A DNA stretch of 64,000 nucleotides from Octopus vulgaris. Taxonomy: Eukaryota. Made by a program: the position numbers and the translations under genes. Of this stretch, positions 14,687-27,809 are shown one piece after another. Positions within the stretch are counted from its first letter, which is position 1; each line of letters begins with the position of its first letter. The notes beneath the pieces were generated by a model. The model was not told the DNA's origin. It saw only the letters and a list, made by a program, of their open reading frames with translations, and made no database searches. The stretch is taken from positions 21,824,001 to 21,888,000 of the forward strand of contig OX597819.1 of NCBI GenBank assembly GCA_951406725.2. Direction: 5' to 3'.

Positions 14687-14803
<117 letters not shown>

Positions 14804-15367
14804 GCATATATAGACATATAGGCAAACAATCATATAAAAATCTTGCACAACAAATATATAAATGTATATATATATATGTATGTATATATATGTATATATA
14901 TATATATATATATTATATATCTAGTACAATTTAAAAGCGTGTTATCAATAATTAGGTTAATTAGGATAATTATTTTTCAGTTCATTGAAGTTTTTTTTTT
15001 GTGGTGGTCGTTCTGTTTGGCTTTATTGTCTTTATTGGTGTTATGTCTTTTTTTTTTGTTGCTTTATATTAATTTAGAATCTGGAATCGCCCACACTGGA
15101 ATTCCCTTTAATGGTAATTTTATGCTTTTATGCGTTAGTTTTTCTTCTTTCTGTTGATCTAATTCCGTTATTTTTTATGTCGCCAGATCGTACAGAATAT
15201 ACATCCAAGAACAGCGTGGTCATAAGGGATTAGTCATTAGTCTGGCAATTAGTCATTAGTCTTCTCTCAATAACACCGCTTAACGACTCTCCCAGCCTTG
15301 AAGAGAAACTTGCTTCAGCCATTTGTACACTTTCATATATTAATGCACCTATGTGTGTGTGTCTCCC

Positions 15368-15431
<64 letters not shown>

Positions 15432-15577
15432 TGTAGGTAGGTAGGTAGGTAGATAGGTAGGTAGGAGGGTAGGTAGGTAGGTAGATTGATAAACATGTAT
15501 GTAGATTGATAGACAGGTAGGTAGGTAGGTAGGTAGGTAGGTAGGTAGGTAGGTAGGTAGGTAGGTAGGTAGGTAGG

Positions 15578-15645
<68 letters not shown>

Positions 15646-15685
15646 AAAATAGATAGATAGATAGACTGATAGATAGATAGATAAA
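15368..15685. repeat. (GATA)n/(GGTA)n compound tetranucleotide array
   Basis: Direct reading. Confidence 0.95.
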
Positions 15686-16234
15686 TAGAGCTATTTGTGT
15701 GTCATATTTAATGTAAATATACAATATGTAAGAATTTTTTTTTATACCTGAGGCGTCCATCCTGGAATAAAATTTCTTGGGAGTTCCGTGTTTGGAAACA
15801 AACGAATATGAGTAGCAGACGGAAAATAGCCCAGAAACAACGATGAGTATGCTTGATGCTTATTTCTGTCATTGAAGACCTTGTGAGAAGTTTGTATTCA
15901 TTGCCAGCCTGATTTTTCAGTCACTGTTGGATAACCATTTTCATTTGCGTCCCAACCCATTGAGTAAAACCAGAAATTAGTACTGACCATGAATTTCAGT
16001 TTCATGCTAAATACACCATTCAAAAGATTGATTGGATTCAAGTGAAGCTGTTCTTGAGAATGACGATTTTATTTACGAGGTTTTAATCTGTTGCAGCCGT
16101 TTGTAGTCTCCACGTAAGCATGCGTCTGGTTAAATGTGATTAGAGCACGATTTCTGTCAGCACAAATATACGAATAAGTTTAGGTATAAATATATGTACC
16201 GTTGCCTTCTGCATATCTAAATAATTGCATATAT

Positions 16235-16292
<58 letters not shown>

Positions 16293-16295
16293 GCC

Positions 16296-16358
16296 GGATA
16301 ACTGAAGACATGATGGCGTGGATTTCCACCTCGGCATCCGAAACTCGGAGTTTTATCT
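16296..16358 (+). ncRNA. Type I hammerhead ribozyme motif (intact core)
   Basis: Stem I GGAUAA/UUAUCU; CUGAAGA 16302-16308; stem II with GUGGA/UCCAC and GAUG/CAUC; GAA; stem III ACUC-G-GAGU; GUU site at 16352. Confidence 0.65.
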
Positions 16359-16455
16359 TGGCAACCGAATAATTGTCACATATTACATTTACAGATAAAT
16401 TCCTCTATTTACAGAATATTGAGGTCTCTTTCTTTTCTTATCTAACCGTTTTTAC

Positions 16456-16540
<85 letters not shown>

Positions 16541-16554
16541 CTAAGGTAGAAACT

Positions 16555-16760
16555 ATTTTAATGGGGAAACAGGAAATTCGATCCGAAAGAGACGTACGGT
16601 CCATAGACAATAAATTTCCTCTCCACAATATCGCCAAATGTAGCTCAATCAACACATTGACAAATGTGCAGAACGATTACAACTACAATTCGTAATTACA
16701 CAAGTAAGACTGAATAAAGAAGTCTCATATATCTGGAAATATAAACTAGTATTAAATATG
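16555..16760 (+). pseudogene. Penelope-like GIY-YIG endonuclease remnant
   Basis: FNGETGNSIRKRRTVHRQ*ISSPQYRQM*LNQHIDKC resembles YIGETGxxLRxRxxxHRxxI...H..C. Confidence 0.65.
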
Positions 16761-17128
16761 AACCCATATCAAAAATAAAACGCTTAACCCATCTAATGGA
16801 AGATGTAAGTCAGAATAAGGCAGAGAACACTGCAAAAAAAAACAATAACATAGAAATTACAGATTTACCTCCCCTTTACTGCAATATACATGAGTGAGCA
16901 ATTATCTCCCCTAGAAATATGTTTTCCCCCTCTAGCAGCTTAACTCTTTCAACTCTCAGTTTAATGAGAAATGCGAAACCGGTCTTCAATTACGTTGAAA
17001 GAACAAAACCTTATTTTGTACAAAATTGTATATCTTTATTAACATGGCTCTAATATAATCTTCAATCCTGTAAAATAAATACTCTGTGTACTTCATCTTT
17101 TCTATTTCTCTCCCTCCCTCCCCCTCTC

Positions 17129-17175
<47 letters not shown>

Positions 17176-17247
17176 ATAGTAAATAGGGTAATAAAAATAA
17201 ATTATTATTACCAGTGACCTAGTACAAAAGACGAATTAGTCAGTTAA

Positions 17248-17323
17248 TCCTGTACTGCAGTTTCATCTTTTTTTTTAGCAAATGAATAGAATTTATCTGC
17301 CAAGGCCAGAATTGTCAGCAGGA
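17248..17323 (-). ncRNA. Type I hammerhead motif, G8A core variant (dimer unit 1)
   Basis: UCCUG/CAGGA stem I; CUGACAA; long stem II; GAA; palindromic ACUGCAGU; GUA. Confidence 0.6.
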
Positions 17324-17674
17324 AGCCTTTGTAATACATACCGTGAGAAGCACGTGCAAATCTAACGATCTGTATACCCTAACTATTCAGACCAGTGCGC
17401 AGATGCAAATCATACCGGCGACAGAGAGGATGCCGGTAAAAATCTACGAGCAAATCTATCGAGCAATATTTAAACATAGTAAATAGGGTAATAGAAATAA
17501 ATTATTATTACCAGTGACCTAGCACAAAAGACGAATTAATCATTAGACTATATGTTATTCATATATAAATATATTAAAAGGCTTCCAAATAAAAAAAGCG
17601 AGTGCTAGATACACAAAAAGGGGATAAATTCATGAAATGGAATGTAAATCAAAAACGTTTACCAACTCAGCTAA

Positions 17675-17749
17675 TCCTGTACTGCAGTTTCATCTTTTTT
17701 TTAGCAAATGAATATAATTCATCTGCCAAGGCCCGAATCGTCAGCAGGA
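17675..17749 (-). ncRNA. Type I hammerhead ribozyme motif (intact core, dimer unit 2)
   Basis: UCCUG/CAGGA stem I; CUGACGA; stem II UUGGCAGAUGAAU/AUUCAUUUGCUAA; GAA; palindromic stem III ACUGCAGU; GUA site at 17680. Confidence 0.75.
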
Positions 17750-17849
17750 AGCCTTTGTAATACATACCGTTAGAAGCACGTGCAAATCTAACGATCTGTA
17801 TACCATGCGTTCTTGAGGTGATATAAACAAAAGACCACACATTACGATA

Positions 17850-17980
17850 AAAGTTTAGTCAACTATATAGTCGCCGGTACTCTGAAAGGTGAAAGATTTC
17901 CTCAACATCAGCTGCATTTGAACTCAGAACCTAACGGTAGGTGATTATATGCTGCTATAATTCACCAATTCTGCCATTCT
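17850..17980 (-). mobile_element. SINE family C, degenerate
   Basis: tctgaaaggtgaaag...catttgaactcagaac...aattctgcc resembles the reverse complement of 29006-29140. Confidence 0.5.
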
Positions 17981-18048
17981 ACTGTTTAACTCAGTCATGC
18001 CATTTTGTAGCTTTAGTGAATCTGCTCTTCTGCCTCCGTTTTATTAAT

Positions 18049-18213
18049 GAGATGAGTTTGATTAGACGCAGCTGTTTGAACTGTAGATGTTTGACGCGGC
18101 CGACTGAACATTGAGCCTTGTTTTGGTGACAGAATTTATTTGGCTCTGGGGGGCAAATGCGTGCATGCGCAGAAATATCCACGTGCAAAAATGGGTGAGA
18201 AATACAAAACGTA

Positions 18214-18256
<43 letters not shown>

Positions 18257-18483
18257 TGAGTGAGAGAGATTACAATTTATAAATGAAAAACAACATGAAT
18301 ACTTTCCCCCTCCATATACACACTGAGAAATATGCTCACACGCATAAACAAAGGGGGAGATGGAAGTGAGAAAACAAAGAAGGGAAAGGAAAAAGACAAG
18401 ACAAATATAAAAATGCCTCATGTCAAATAGCGAGCGTCAAATCAACGGCGCCAGATCAGCTGCGCCAGAACATCTTACATCCC
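18049..18483. mobile_element. MULE-like MITE with imperfect TIRs and 9-10 bp TSD
   Basis: TSD ttttattaa(t/c) at 18039 and 18484. Left end gagatgag..acgcagctgtttg..tttgacgcggc vs right end rc gggatgtaag..gcgcagctgatctgg..tttgacgctcgc. Confidence 0.65.
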
Positions 18484-19698
18484 TTTTATTAACGCAGTGA
18501 TTTCACAACTGAACTTGGTAAGCTAGCGGTAGCCACCTTCTGGTACTTATGAATAGCAAGTACGGCTGAGTCAGCGAGAGTTAAATATCTTGACTTGAAG
18601 TCCCAATTGTATTATGATAAGATGGGAAGGGACACGAAACAAATGCACACTCAACCGGCTTTTACGCGCATGTACTCTATCGACTCACCACCACAGCCGC
18701 TATGTAATATGCTAACTTGGAGGAACAGCAACTGCATTAATTCTCTCGATCAATAACTATCGATAATTAGAACAATCAAAATTAAAATCTAAAACAAACA
18801 AAGAGAGAAACAAAGCTTGAGTTTCTTCAGAGTGAAAAGGGTAACATGCCAATGCCACCTTCACAATTTTCAACTGTAATTAAATTTGTGGGAGGCGATT
18901 AGATGTGTTGCATATATAATTATCTGACAGAAAACGAAAGTATTGATGAGAAAGATTTTCAATCGCTACTTACTTTGATCTTGGCTTCAAACTAAGGAAT
19001 TTTTCCACCAGTACCATGCGAGGGATCATAACATTGATGCTGCACGCTTTTGAAGGTGTTATATCCGATTATTTTTCAATTGAATCCTTCTCATTAAGTT
19101 AAAAGAGAAAATTGTTCTCCTCTTTTAAATCGAAAATAAATTTATTGAGTAAAAAGAAAAGGTAGAGGGGACAATTGTTGTTGTTTTGTATTTGTTTTGG
19201 ATATTTGTTTTCTTTTCGTTTGTTCCTATTCTTTACTTCGACAAAAGAGGTATTTTTTATGTATATAAATTTCATTTTACTGACTACAAAATTATGTACT
19301 GTGTATACATACATATGTGTATGTGTGTGTGTGATTATGTGAGTGTAGGCGTATGCGTAGGTATCGTATGTATACTTCATTATATACACAGATATATAAA
19401 CAGACATATATATACATGGATAAATTTAGGTATAGAAATATACACACACATACACACACACACACACAAACATATATATATACATGCATAAATATATGTA
19501 TTTATGATTATATATTTGTGTGTGCATACGCATACAAACACACACATACATACATATATATATATATATATATGTATGTGTATATATATATGTATATATA
19601 TATATATATGTATATATGTTTGTATGTATATATATATATATATATATACATGTGTAGGTGTTTGTATATATATGTATATATATACATATGTAGGTGTT

Positions 19699-19756
<58 letters not shown>

Positions 19757-19768
19757 TATGTAGGTGTT

Positions 19769-19810
<42 letters not shown>

Positions 19811-20110
19811 TATAATTTCAGCTATTGACGTAAGCCTGCTCTGAACGTACTTTAAAATATTTTTTTAATATTTCATCCATTCTCCTTCATGCTATTGATT
19901 TCGTTATTCTTTCTTTCGTTGTTCTCTTTCTATCCGACTCAACGTCCTCGTGCAGGACCACTCCCACATACACATCCACGCTTTGCAAGAAAGAGAAAGC
20001 CTGTGTTATTTGTACGCATGCGCATACATATGTATACAGGCTCCACGAAATCATACCGACAGCACCGTTTAGAAACAGAATACATATGCATATATATAAC
20101 AATACATATG

Positions 20111-20188
<78 letters not shown>

Positions 20189-20238
20189 AGAGACACAGAG
20201 ATAGAGAGAGATACAAATATGTATATATACGTACACAC

Positions 20239-20273
<35 letters not shown>

Positions 20274-20411
20274 TGTATGTATGTATGTATGTATGTATAA
20301 TCAATTCAAAGAACATACAATATTTAAAAAAAACAGAAAAATAAACGATAAGTAGCAACCTGAGCACGAGCATAACCAATATATGAAGTTGATGCAAAGT
20401 GAAAAGAGGGA

Positions 20412-20449
20412 GCCATTAACGTTTCGAGCATAGCTCTTCGTCGGAAGGT
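20412..20449 (-). ncRNA. Minimal hammerhead-like motif, U4C variant, in a PLE-type repeat
   Basis: CCGACGA-A-GAGC-UAU-GCUC-GAA-ACGU-U; stem I weak. Confidence 0.45.
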
Positions 20450-20508
20450 GGAAAGTGCAAAGAGAAAGATAGATAAATAAGAAAAAATCGCTAATAATCC
20501 ACATGCGG

Positions 20509-20539
<31 letters not shown>

Positions 20540-20596
20540 GATAGATAGATAGATATATAGATAGATAGATAGATATGCATGTATATATAAATACAT

Positions 20597-20932
20597 GAAG
20601 GCGCATGGCTCAGTGGTTAGAGCGTCGAGCTTACGATCATGAGGTTGTGAGCTCGAATCCCGGACCGGGCTGCGTGTTGTGTTCTTGAGCAAGACACTTT
20701 ATTTCACGTTGCTCCAGTTCACTCAGCTGTAGAAATGACTTGCGACGTCACAGGTGCCAAGCTGTATCGACCTTTGTCTTTCCCTTGGACAACACTGGTG
20801 GCGTGGAGAGGGGAGGCCGGTATGCATGGGCGACTGCTGGCCTTCCATAAAAACAACCTTGCCCAGACTTGTGCCTGGGAGGGTAACTTTCTAGGTGCAA
20901 ACCCATGGTCACTCATGACCGAAGGGGGTCAG
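20597..20932 (+). mobile_element. SINE family B: tRNA-derived, CORE-like domain, full length
   Basis: Box A tggctcagtgg, box B gctcgaatcc, then CORE-like gttgtgttcttgagcaagacactttatttcacgttgctcc; inserted in TA-rich repeats. Confidence 0.85.
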
Positions 20933-21639
20933 AAAGAATATATATATATATATAAATTTATTTTAAAAAAAGTGAAAACGCCACTATATAAGATACATTT
21001 TAATTTTCTTAGAAATGTTACATGTTTCGGTTCTTCTTGAAAAAATGATCCTTATCAATAATATTTTAAAAAGTTAAGTGTAATAAAAAAGTTCGTAATT
21101 GTTTCTTACTGGTCTCAACAGAATCCACGTGGTTGTTTTTAGCTGTGTTATGTGTCTGAATGGTTAGTGGCTGAAATGGCAGTAGCAGCAGTGACTATTG
21201 GTCGTAGTAGTAGTAACCGTGGTGGTGGTGGTGGTGGTGGTGATGGTGGTGGTTAGGGTTGCAGCAGCTCATTGGTTGTAGCAGCTTAGCTGTGGCAGTA
21301 GTGCCACAAATAAGACGATACACGAGGAAAATAGTTAATGCAAATGTTTGAATTGCCTGCTGGAATGGTAGCAATGTGTTGTGTACTCATGTATTTAGGA
21401 GAGTTTACTCTCAATTTCGGCAGCTGTAACAACAAGGTCTGTATTTCCTGGATATATGGGTTAATAATGAACGTGAGGCTGAACGAACGAAAAGGAATAC
21501 CTGCATTTTGTTTATTTAGTGCGGCAAATAAATTTATAATTACAAATTTGTTACAATGTTGCAGTAATGAGGCAGTTTCTGCGCTCGATCCTAAGAGGGA
21601 TTAATAAAAAAGTAAAGGGCAGAAAAAAAGCCAAACATT

Positions 21640-23520
21640 CTAGCTTTAATTAGATTTTCGTATCTTTCCTATGGTCATGAATGTTGGGTAACATTCAAAA
21701 GAGTACGATCGCGAACTGAAGCGGTCGAAATGTGATTCCACCGAAGGATCTTCAAAATGGAGATTCTTCCGAAGTGTTTCCCGGATCGAATCGCTTATTC
21801 TCTGCATTTAGAAGTCACAGTACCGATACTATAGACATGTGACTAGTAGGGCCCAGAAAACAATAGCAAGGCTAATTCTTTAAACTGAGCCAACTGGCAT
21901 AAAACCTAGGGGTATGCTATGAACGAAATGGTTGCACGTTTAAGAATTCAGTCAAAAAGTCCAATGAGCCGTTGTTTCTCACATGAGTCTATGGAGAACG
22001 AACCAGAGAATTCTCCCCTGAATATTGAACGAAGTGGAAAGAGGAATCCTGTTTTGAGAGCCAAAATTTTCATAAACATTTTTGAATTACTCCAGGCAGG
22101 AAAAATAGAGTTGAAACTGATCGTACTGCAACTGGTAAATGCTATGTGTGTTTAGTAAATGAGGCCACGGTTATAAGAAGGATCAATAATTTTAGTTGGC
22201 CATCAACTCACTCATCACTCATTATCATAGTTTAAAATTTAGCTGATTCGAAGGATGACAAGTAGAATCTCGATTCCATCGCTTAATATAAAGAGAGGAA
22301 AATGAGAACTAGTGAAAATACAAAATAAGAGTTTATGAGTGAATTCAGAAATATACTTTTTCTTTGACAGATATTAAGAGGTGAGAATGTGCTTAAGATG
22401 TTGTGTGATATTCAAGAGTCGCTACTTGACGCAGCAAGAGAAGTACTTGGAAGCAGAAGAAAAATTAAGAGGTAAAGATGAGTTACAAGGAAAATAGTGG
22501 AAGTGATACAGAAAAAGAAGTTAGCAAAACTTATGTATAAACCTCTACGAAATTATGATCTATGATGTCTTATTTAAGAAGTGAATATGCAATTTTTAAA
22601 CAGCGAAGTAAGTTGACTCGCTAAACGCGATAAGTGCAACTACTTGAATGAGTTTGCGGATACAAGTGAAGCTCAAACAAATATAGGCAGAGAGTTGAAC
22701 ATGAGATTAGCTTATCAATTAATGGAAGAAATTACGGGCAACGCCAACTAAATAATGAGCTCTTCATTAGGACTGAAAGATGAAAACCTGCTGACCAACA
22801 GATGAAGTCATAAAGATTAGATGGAATAATTAATTCGAAGTAGTGTTAGACAGACCATTTCCTCACAATTAAGGAAATATATCTTCAGAGAACAGAAACT
22901 GAACATTGAAACGAGAGAAATCACATAAGATTATTTTGCTGCTGTTGTAAAGATAAAGCAGTCTAATAATTATAAATCACTAGCAGTATCGCCCGGCGTT
23001 GCTCGGGTTTGTAAGGGAAATAACTATATAAGCATTTTTAGAGAGTTACTTCCCTTATAAATTCGGGCTTCCATAGCCATTTTTGTTTTGGTGTCTTCAA
23101 GCCATGAAGTCGCTGTTCTAAAAGAACGCTGGTTTCCTTCACAACGCATTACGACGTTGATTTCTTTACACTCCCTTCCCCACAGCTTCACGAGGGAGGG
23201 AAGAGGGAGAAGCAAACAGGTGCAGCTGTGAGCGTGGATGCCAACTCCGCCGCCATCGACATACGATGCATTTTATGCATTAAAATGGAATAAAAAATGA
23301 TGTTAAATTATTTTTAAAATCGTAGACTCATCGTTGACGCGCGCTAATAGTCAGACGGGCTCGATATGAATCACGACTATAAGATACCCGAATTTGGTTA
23401 AACTGCACCGCAAAATGTGGGAGGAGTTAGGAATCTAAATCGAAGGGGACAGACACTCATACAACTAGAGTTTTATATATATAGATTAGTTGTTGGCGGA
23501 ATCGATCAAATTGTATTTAA
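21640..23520 (+). pseudogene. Highly degenerate LINE (RTE-like) endonuclease-RT linker remnant, interrupted by a Helitron
   Basis: A-rich coding-like strand with ELAYQLMEEITG, RWNN*FEVVLDRP and NNYKS|Helitron|SLLAE fragments; many stops. Confidence 0.45.
22980..23485 (-). mobile_element. Complete non-autonomous Helitron (~506 bp)
   Basis: Minus strand A|TCTATATATATAAAA ... hairpin cccgagcaacgccggg ... CTAG|T; no TSD; homologous to 1-323. Confidence 0.85.
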
Positions 23521-23739
23521 AATGTATTTATGGCAAGAAACAGCTAGGTTTCTTTCTCTTTTACTTGTTTCAGTCATTTGACTGCGGCCGTTCACATGTT
23601 TTTAAAATTCGGAAGAATATAGGAAGTTCTCACATAATGGAAGAAAGAAGCAATTATAAAAATACAAAGAATGTAAACTGCGTAGGTTGGGAAATTTGGA
23701 AGGTATAACACTGAAAGGTTTTTCTAGAGAGCAGGAACG

Positions 23740-24950
23740 AAAACTGGCTTCTGTGGAGCCCTAATTAATTTGGATCAATCTAAAGCACATAATAGGATCG
23801 ACCAACGTTACCTGGAAGCTGACCTGAAATCAATTGGGTTCGAACCCGTTTACATAAGAGGTCAAAGTAAACGGCCACCCAGTGGAACCGTTTAACATCG
23901 CACACCCAGTCCGTCATGACTGCCCGCACTTGCCTTTTTTTTATTCATTGGCTCGCGAGTCACTGCTGCGGTAGTTGAAACAGTTGACGAGTAAACAATT
24001 CGAACTAAAACCCGGCGGGGGTGGGGTAGTACCGGCGTACACGACATGGTGCCGGACACCTCCGAAGTGGAGACGATTGGCACCATTCTAAATGAACACG
24101 AGTGAGTAGCTGGAGCCAAAATCAACGGGGGATGTCGGTACAGTTGAGTAGCTAGAGAGTGCTGTCCATGCTGTCGGACGACGTTGTTGCACGCTGGGCT
24201 GACGAAGCGGTTAAACTGCATGGGGTCTGGTTCCGTCCTGACCGCCAGATGAGGAAGGTGTGGGAGGAAGTGACAAACACTTACCCAGCTATGAGCAGAG
24301 AGGTAGAAAAGGTGAACAAAGGTGACGAATGCCTACGCCGCCTTGGTCATCATTTATCCGTTTCTTTATTGCCCACAGGGGTCTAAACATAGAGGGGACA
24401 AACAAAGGCAGACAAAGGGATTAAGTCGATTACATCAATCCCAGTGCGTAACTGGTATTTATTTAATCGACCCCGAAAGGATGAAAAGCAAAGTCGACCT
24501 ATTTCCTTATTACCCACAAGGGGCTAAACACAGAGGGGACAAACAACGACAAACAAGCGGATTAAGTCGATTACATCGACCCCAGCGCGTTCTTAATTTA
24601 TCGACCCCGAAAGGATAAAAGGCAAAGTCGACCTCCGCGGAATTTGAACCCAGAACGTAATGGCAGACGAAATACCGCTAAGCATTTCGCCCGCCGTGTT
24701 AGCGATTCAGCCAGCTCGTTGCCCTTGTTTATCACCTGGCAGTCGTAACTTGCCCGGGCTACACCTTCATTATATTGGAGCATCTGTTATTTTTTTTCTG
24801 GTGGAAGGGACTTGTTCCAATGATAAAACGATCAGTCTTTTCCCAGTACCCACTGCACTGCGGTTTAGGTATGCAGTCGGCTGCTAATGCAACGCATCCT
24901 AGACGATGAGCATGTACGGGCACCGTTCGAAAAAAACGTCTTGCCACTTA
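23740..24950 (+). mobile_element. Tx1/L1-clade LINE RT remnant split by a SINE
   Basis: GALINLDQSKAHNRIDQRYL, VNGHPVEPFNI..VRHDCP, VAGAKIN, WADEAVKLHGVWF..KVWEEV, TNAYAALVIIY|SINE|HLAVVTCP; tttatc repeated at both SINE edges. Confidence 0.75.
24360..24723 (-). mobile_element. SINE family C (Meta-domain-like) with duplicated 3' tail
   Basis: Reverse complement of the 29006-type SINE; tail cccaca.ggg..taaaca.agaggggacaaacaa present twice. Confidence 0.9.
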
Positions 24951-25668
24951 GCATTATATCGGACTTGATAAAGATTCCGACAGCTCACCGCATTTTGTCA
25001 GATATTTAGAAACACGCAGATTATTGGAAGATTATTAAAAAATTCAGCTTTATTCTTTTATTTTTTATTTTATGCGTTTCAGCCCCTAGAAGCCGTGGCC
25101 ATGTTGGGGCACAACCAGTTTAAACACCGAGTAATACATGACCACTATACCCTCTGTGTGTCTTTGTGTGCGTATGCATGTGTGTGTGTGTGTGTGTGCA
25201 TGTGTATTGCTGTGCATCTTTATCCCGTCTAAACCAATTCTTATCGGTCATATCAAGTTTGTATGGCGTATCCAATTTAATTCCTTTCAAATCATTATTA
25301 TAACACCACGCTTTCCTCTTCCATTATTAAATCATTCATGTCATTATAAGCATTAATATTATTCCTCTGAATATTGCCAATATTACGACATTATATAATA
25401 AATGTCCAATGGCCTGACGCCGAATGCTTATTCTTTACCCTTTATTCAATTTACATCTTTGACTAATGAGTATTTTATGTCACATTATGAAGTGTTGAAA
25501 CTCATTTGCAATAACCATTAACGCAGAAATTCCTCCGGATCAATGAGTTACTTCCCTTAGACGGCTAACAAAAACACACTAAAGACATAAATCCCAAGAT
25601 TTCTTTCATTTCATTTCCTGTTTTGACTAATTCTTAACAAACGTTACGATGAATGGCGCTATATATAC

Positions 25669-25722
<54 letters not shown>

Positions 25723-25829
25723 CTGAGCGCCATACTAATACAATTGTTTGTTTATATTCCACCTGCCTTCGTCTTTTGTTTATATTCATAAAGCTTCCCG
25801 TTATATATATATATATATATATATGTGTG

Positions 25830-25862
<33 letters not shown>

Positions 25863-25869
25863 ATAATTA

Positions 25870-26263
25870 AATAAGGGTAGGAATTAAAACCAGTGGCCTA
25901 GCATATTAAAAAAAAAACAAAGATTAAAAATTATTTTACATACAAAATTTAGCGGACTGACCACTAAAAATGGACAGCCTATATGCTAGATATAGACGTC
26001 AAAATCGCCATTTTCCACGAAGAATGTGTTCTCAAGAAAAAACTCAACAAAAAAATCCATAATGTAAAAATAAGCAAGACAAATGAAAATATACGAAATA
26101 AAAAACGATTACCTATGTACTAATTAGTTTCACTTGTTAATATTTACGTATATGGATGCGTAAACATCTGCAAGATCGTCAGCATAGTCTGTCGTTTACG
26201 AAATACAATTTCCAGAACTAGATACAGAATGCTCGATCGAAATCCGAGCATGTATAACGTTCT

Positions 26264-26270
<7 letters not shown>
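25870..26270 (-). mobile_element. Hammerhead-bearing PLE-type terminal repeat
   Basis: Shares the aaggg..aatta..ccagtggcctagca end motif with 17185 and 62680; contains the hammerhead at 26113-26187; bounded by (TG)/(TA) repeats. Confidence 0.55.
26113..26187 (-). ncRNA. Type I hammerhead ribozyme motif (intact core)
   Basis: Stem I CUAUG/CAUAG; CUGACGA; stem II CUUG..AUGUUUACG/CGUAAAUAU..CAAG; GAA; palindromic stem III ACUAAUUAGU; GUA site at 26118. Confidence 0.75.
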
Positions 26271-26303
<33 letters not shown>

Positions 26304-27244
26304 AGAAAAATGTTACAAAAAGAAAATATAAAATATACGTGGAGATGTAAGGGTAAAATATGAAAAATCAACGAAAATGCACATTGTAAATAAAAAAAAA
26401 AGGCTTTTTATGACAGGTAACGACAATTATATACATTTAGATTGACTGAGGTAGTAATAAGTGTCATAAAAGTCATTATTATGAGATGATTATAAAGTCA
26501 GAAAACAAAGCGTACCATGGTTTCCGCAAAGCTATTCATCGCTTTAAAAACACCGGCTATATATATATATATATATGATGATGATGATGATGAGGAGGAG
26601 GAGGAGGAGGAGGAGGAGGAGGAGGATATATCCGGGAAAAGACATCGATAAAAGGCAGTAAGTACTTGGATCGATTCACTCGGCTAAAATATTTCAAGGC
26701 GTTGCCCCAGCGCGGCCGAAGTCTAACGAATGAAACAGGTAAAAGAATAGAAGTATAGCAGTTGGAAAGAATTTAACCATTAAAGGAATGAACTTAAATG
26801 TTGTTATTTGTTTATTTAATTGTCTTGATCACGACTCGACTTCCATGCCCACCAATTTCTCTTTTCGTCTTCTCTTGCTCTCCCCGCTTCGTCAATTTCT
26901 CTCCCTCTCCCTCTCTCTCTTTCTTTTTGTCTATCTCTCTCTCTTTCACCCCCTTCTCACTTCCCTTACAATATACGCGCGTAAAAGGCTTGCTTCAGAA
27001 TCAGGACATATTTGTAAATGGTATTACTCATATTTGTAAATGGTTTTACTCGGATTTGTGGTCGTCTCCTTTTGCTTATAGTTGAACAATCCAAGACATT
27101 CTGGGTGGAATATGTCTGTGCTGGGTATACTCTCCTGCTTAACATTTTACCTGTAACATTCTATCTGTTGTTTCTCGTCTTTCGGGATACACTTCCGCTT
27201 CTCTGTCAACACCTCCTCGTCTCCATTACACACACACACACACA

Positions 27245-27288
<44 letters not shown>

Positions 27289-27334
27289 TTCTTTCTCTCT
27301 GAATCACTTAACACTCGCTGTCATTTATTTCTTA

Positions 27335-27566
27335 TCCCTTCGTTTCTGATAATCTTTTCTACCCAAGGCACAAGGTTTGAAATTTTGGGGGAGGAGGCCA
27401 GTCAATTAGAACGACCGCAGTACGAAACTGGTACTTAAATTATTGACCCCGAAAGGATGAAAGGCAAAGTTGACCTCGGCAGAATTTGAAATTAGAACGT
27501 AAAGACAGAAGAAATACCGCCAAGTATTTCGCCCGGTGTGTTAACGATTCTGCCAGCTCGCCGCCC
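27335..27566 (-). mobile_element. SINE family C, alternative-tail variant
   Basis: gaccccgaaaggatgaaaggcaaagttgacctcggc...ctgccagctcgccgcc, with tail aggcacaagg.ttgaaattttggggg. Confidence 0.85.
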
Positions 27567-27778
27567 TACTGATAATGATTCTGTTCATCCTGTCATGCTG
27601 TCTCTTTTTCATACTACCAGAATCCCTTTTTGACAAAGAACAGAAAAGATTCTTTCATATCCGAAGTATCCCGATAATCTTGAAAGGACAATGAAGTTCT
27701 CTTCCCCGATTTCTCTGCACCACGCCCACTTTGTAATGAGGTATGGCAGTTAATCTTAATCATATGCTTCTCACTTTT

Positions 27779-27809
<31 letters not shown>

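Larger units (their letters stand above)
17171..17805 (-). repeat. Tandem dimer of a hammerhead-bearing repeat (retrozyme / PLE pLTR-like)
   Basis: Units start taaacatagtaaatagggtaata at 17171 and 17470 and share gtgcaaatctaacgatctgtatacc; each carries a hammerhead. Confidence 0.85.

Noticed and set aside
21015-21062. Further hammerhead relics (also ~6221-6265, ~16960-16990, ~30363-30423)
   Set aside because: They have GAAA plus a partial stem III, but the core or stem II is too degraded to call, so they were not counted.
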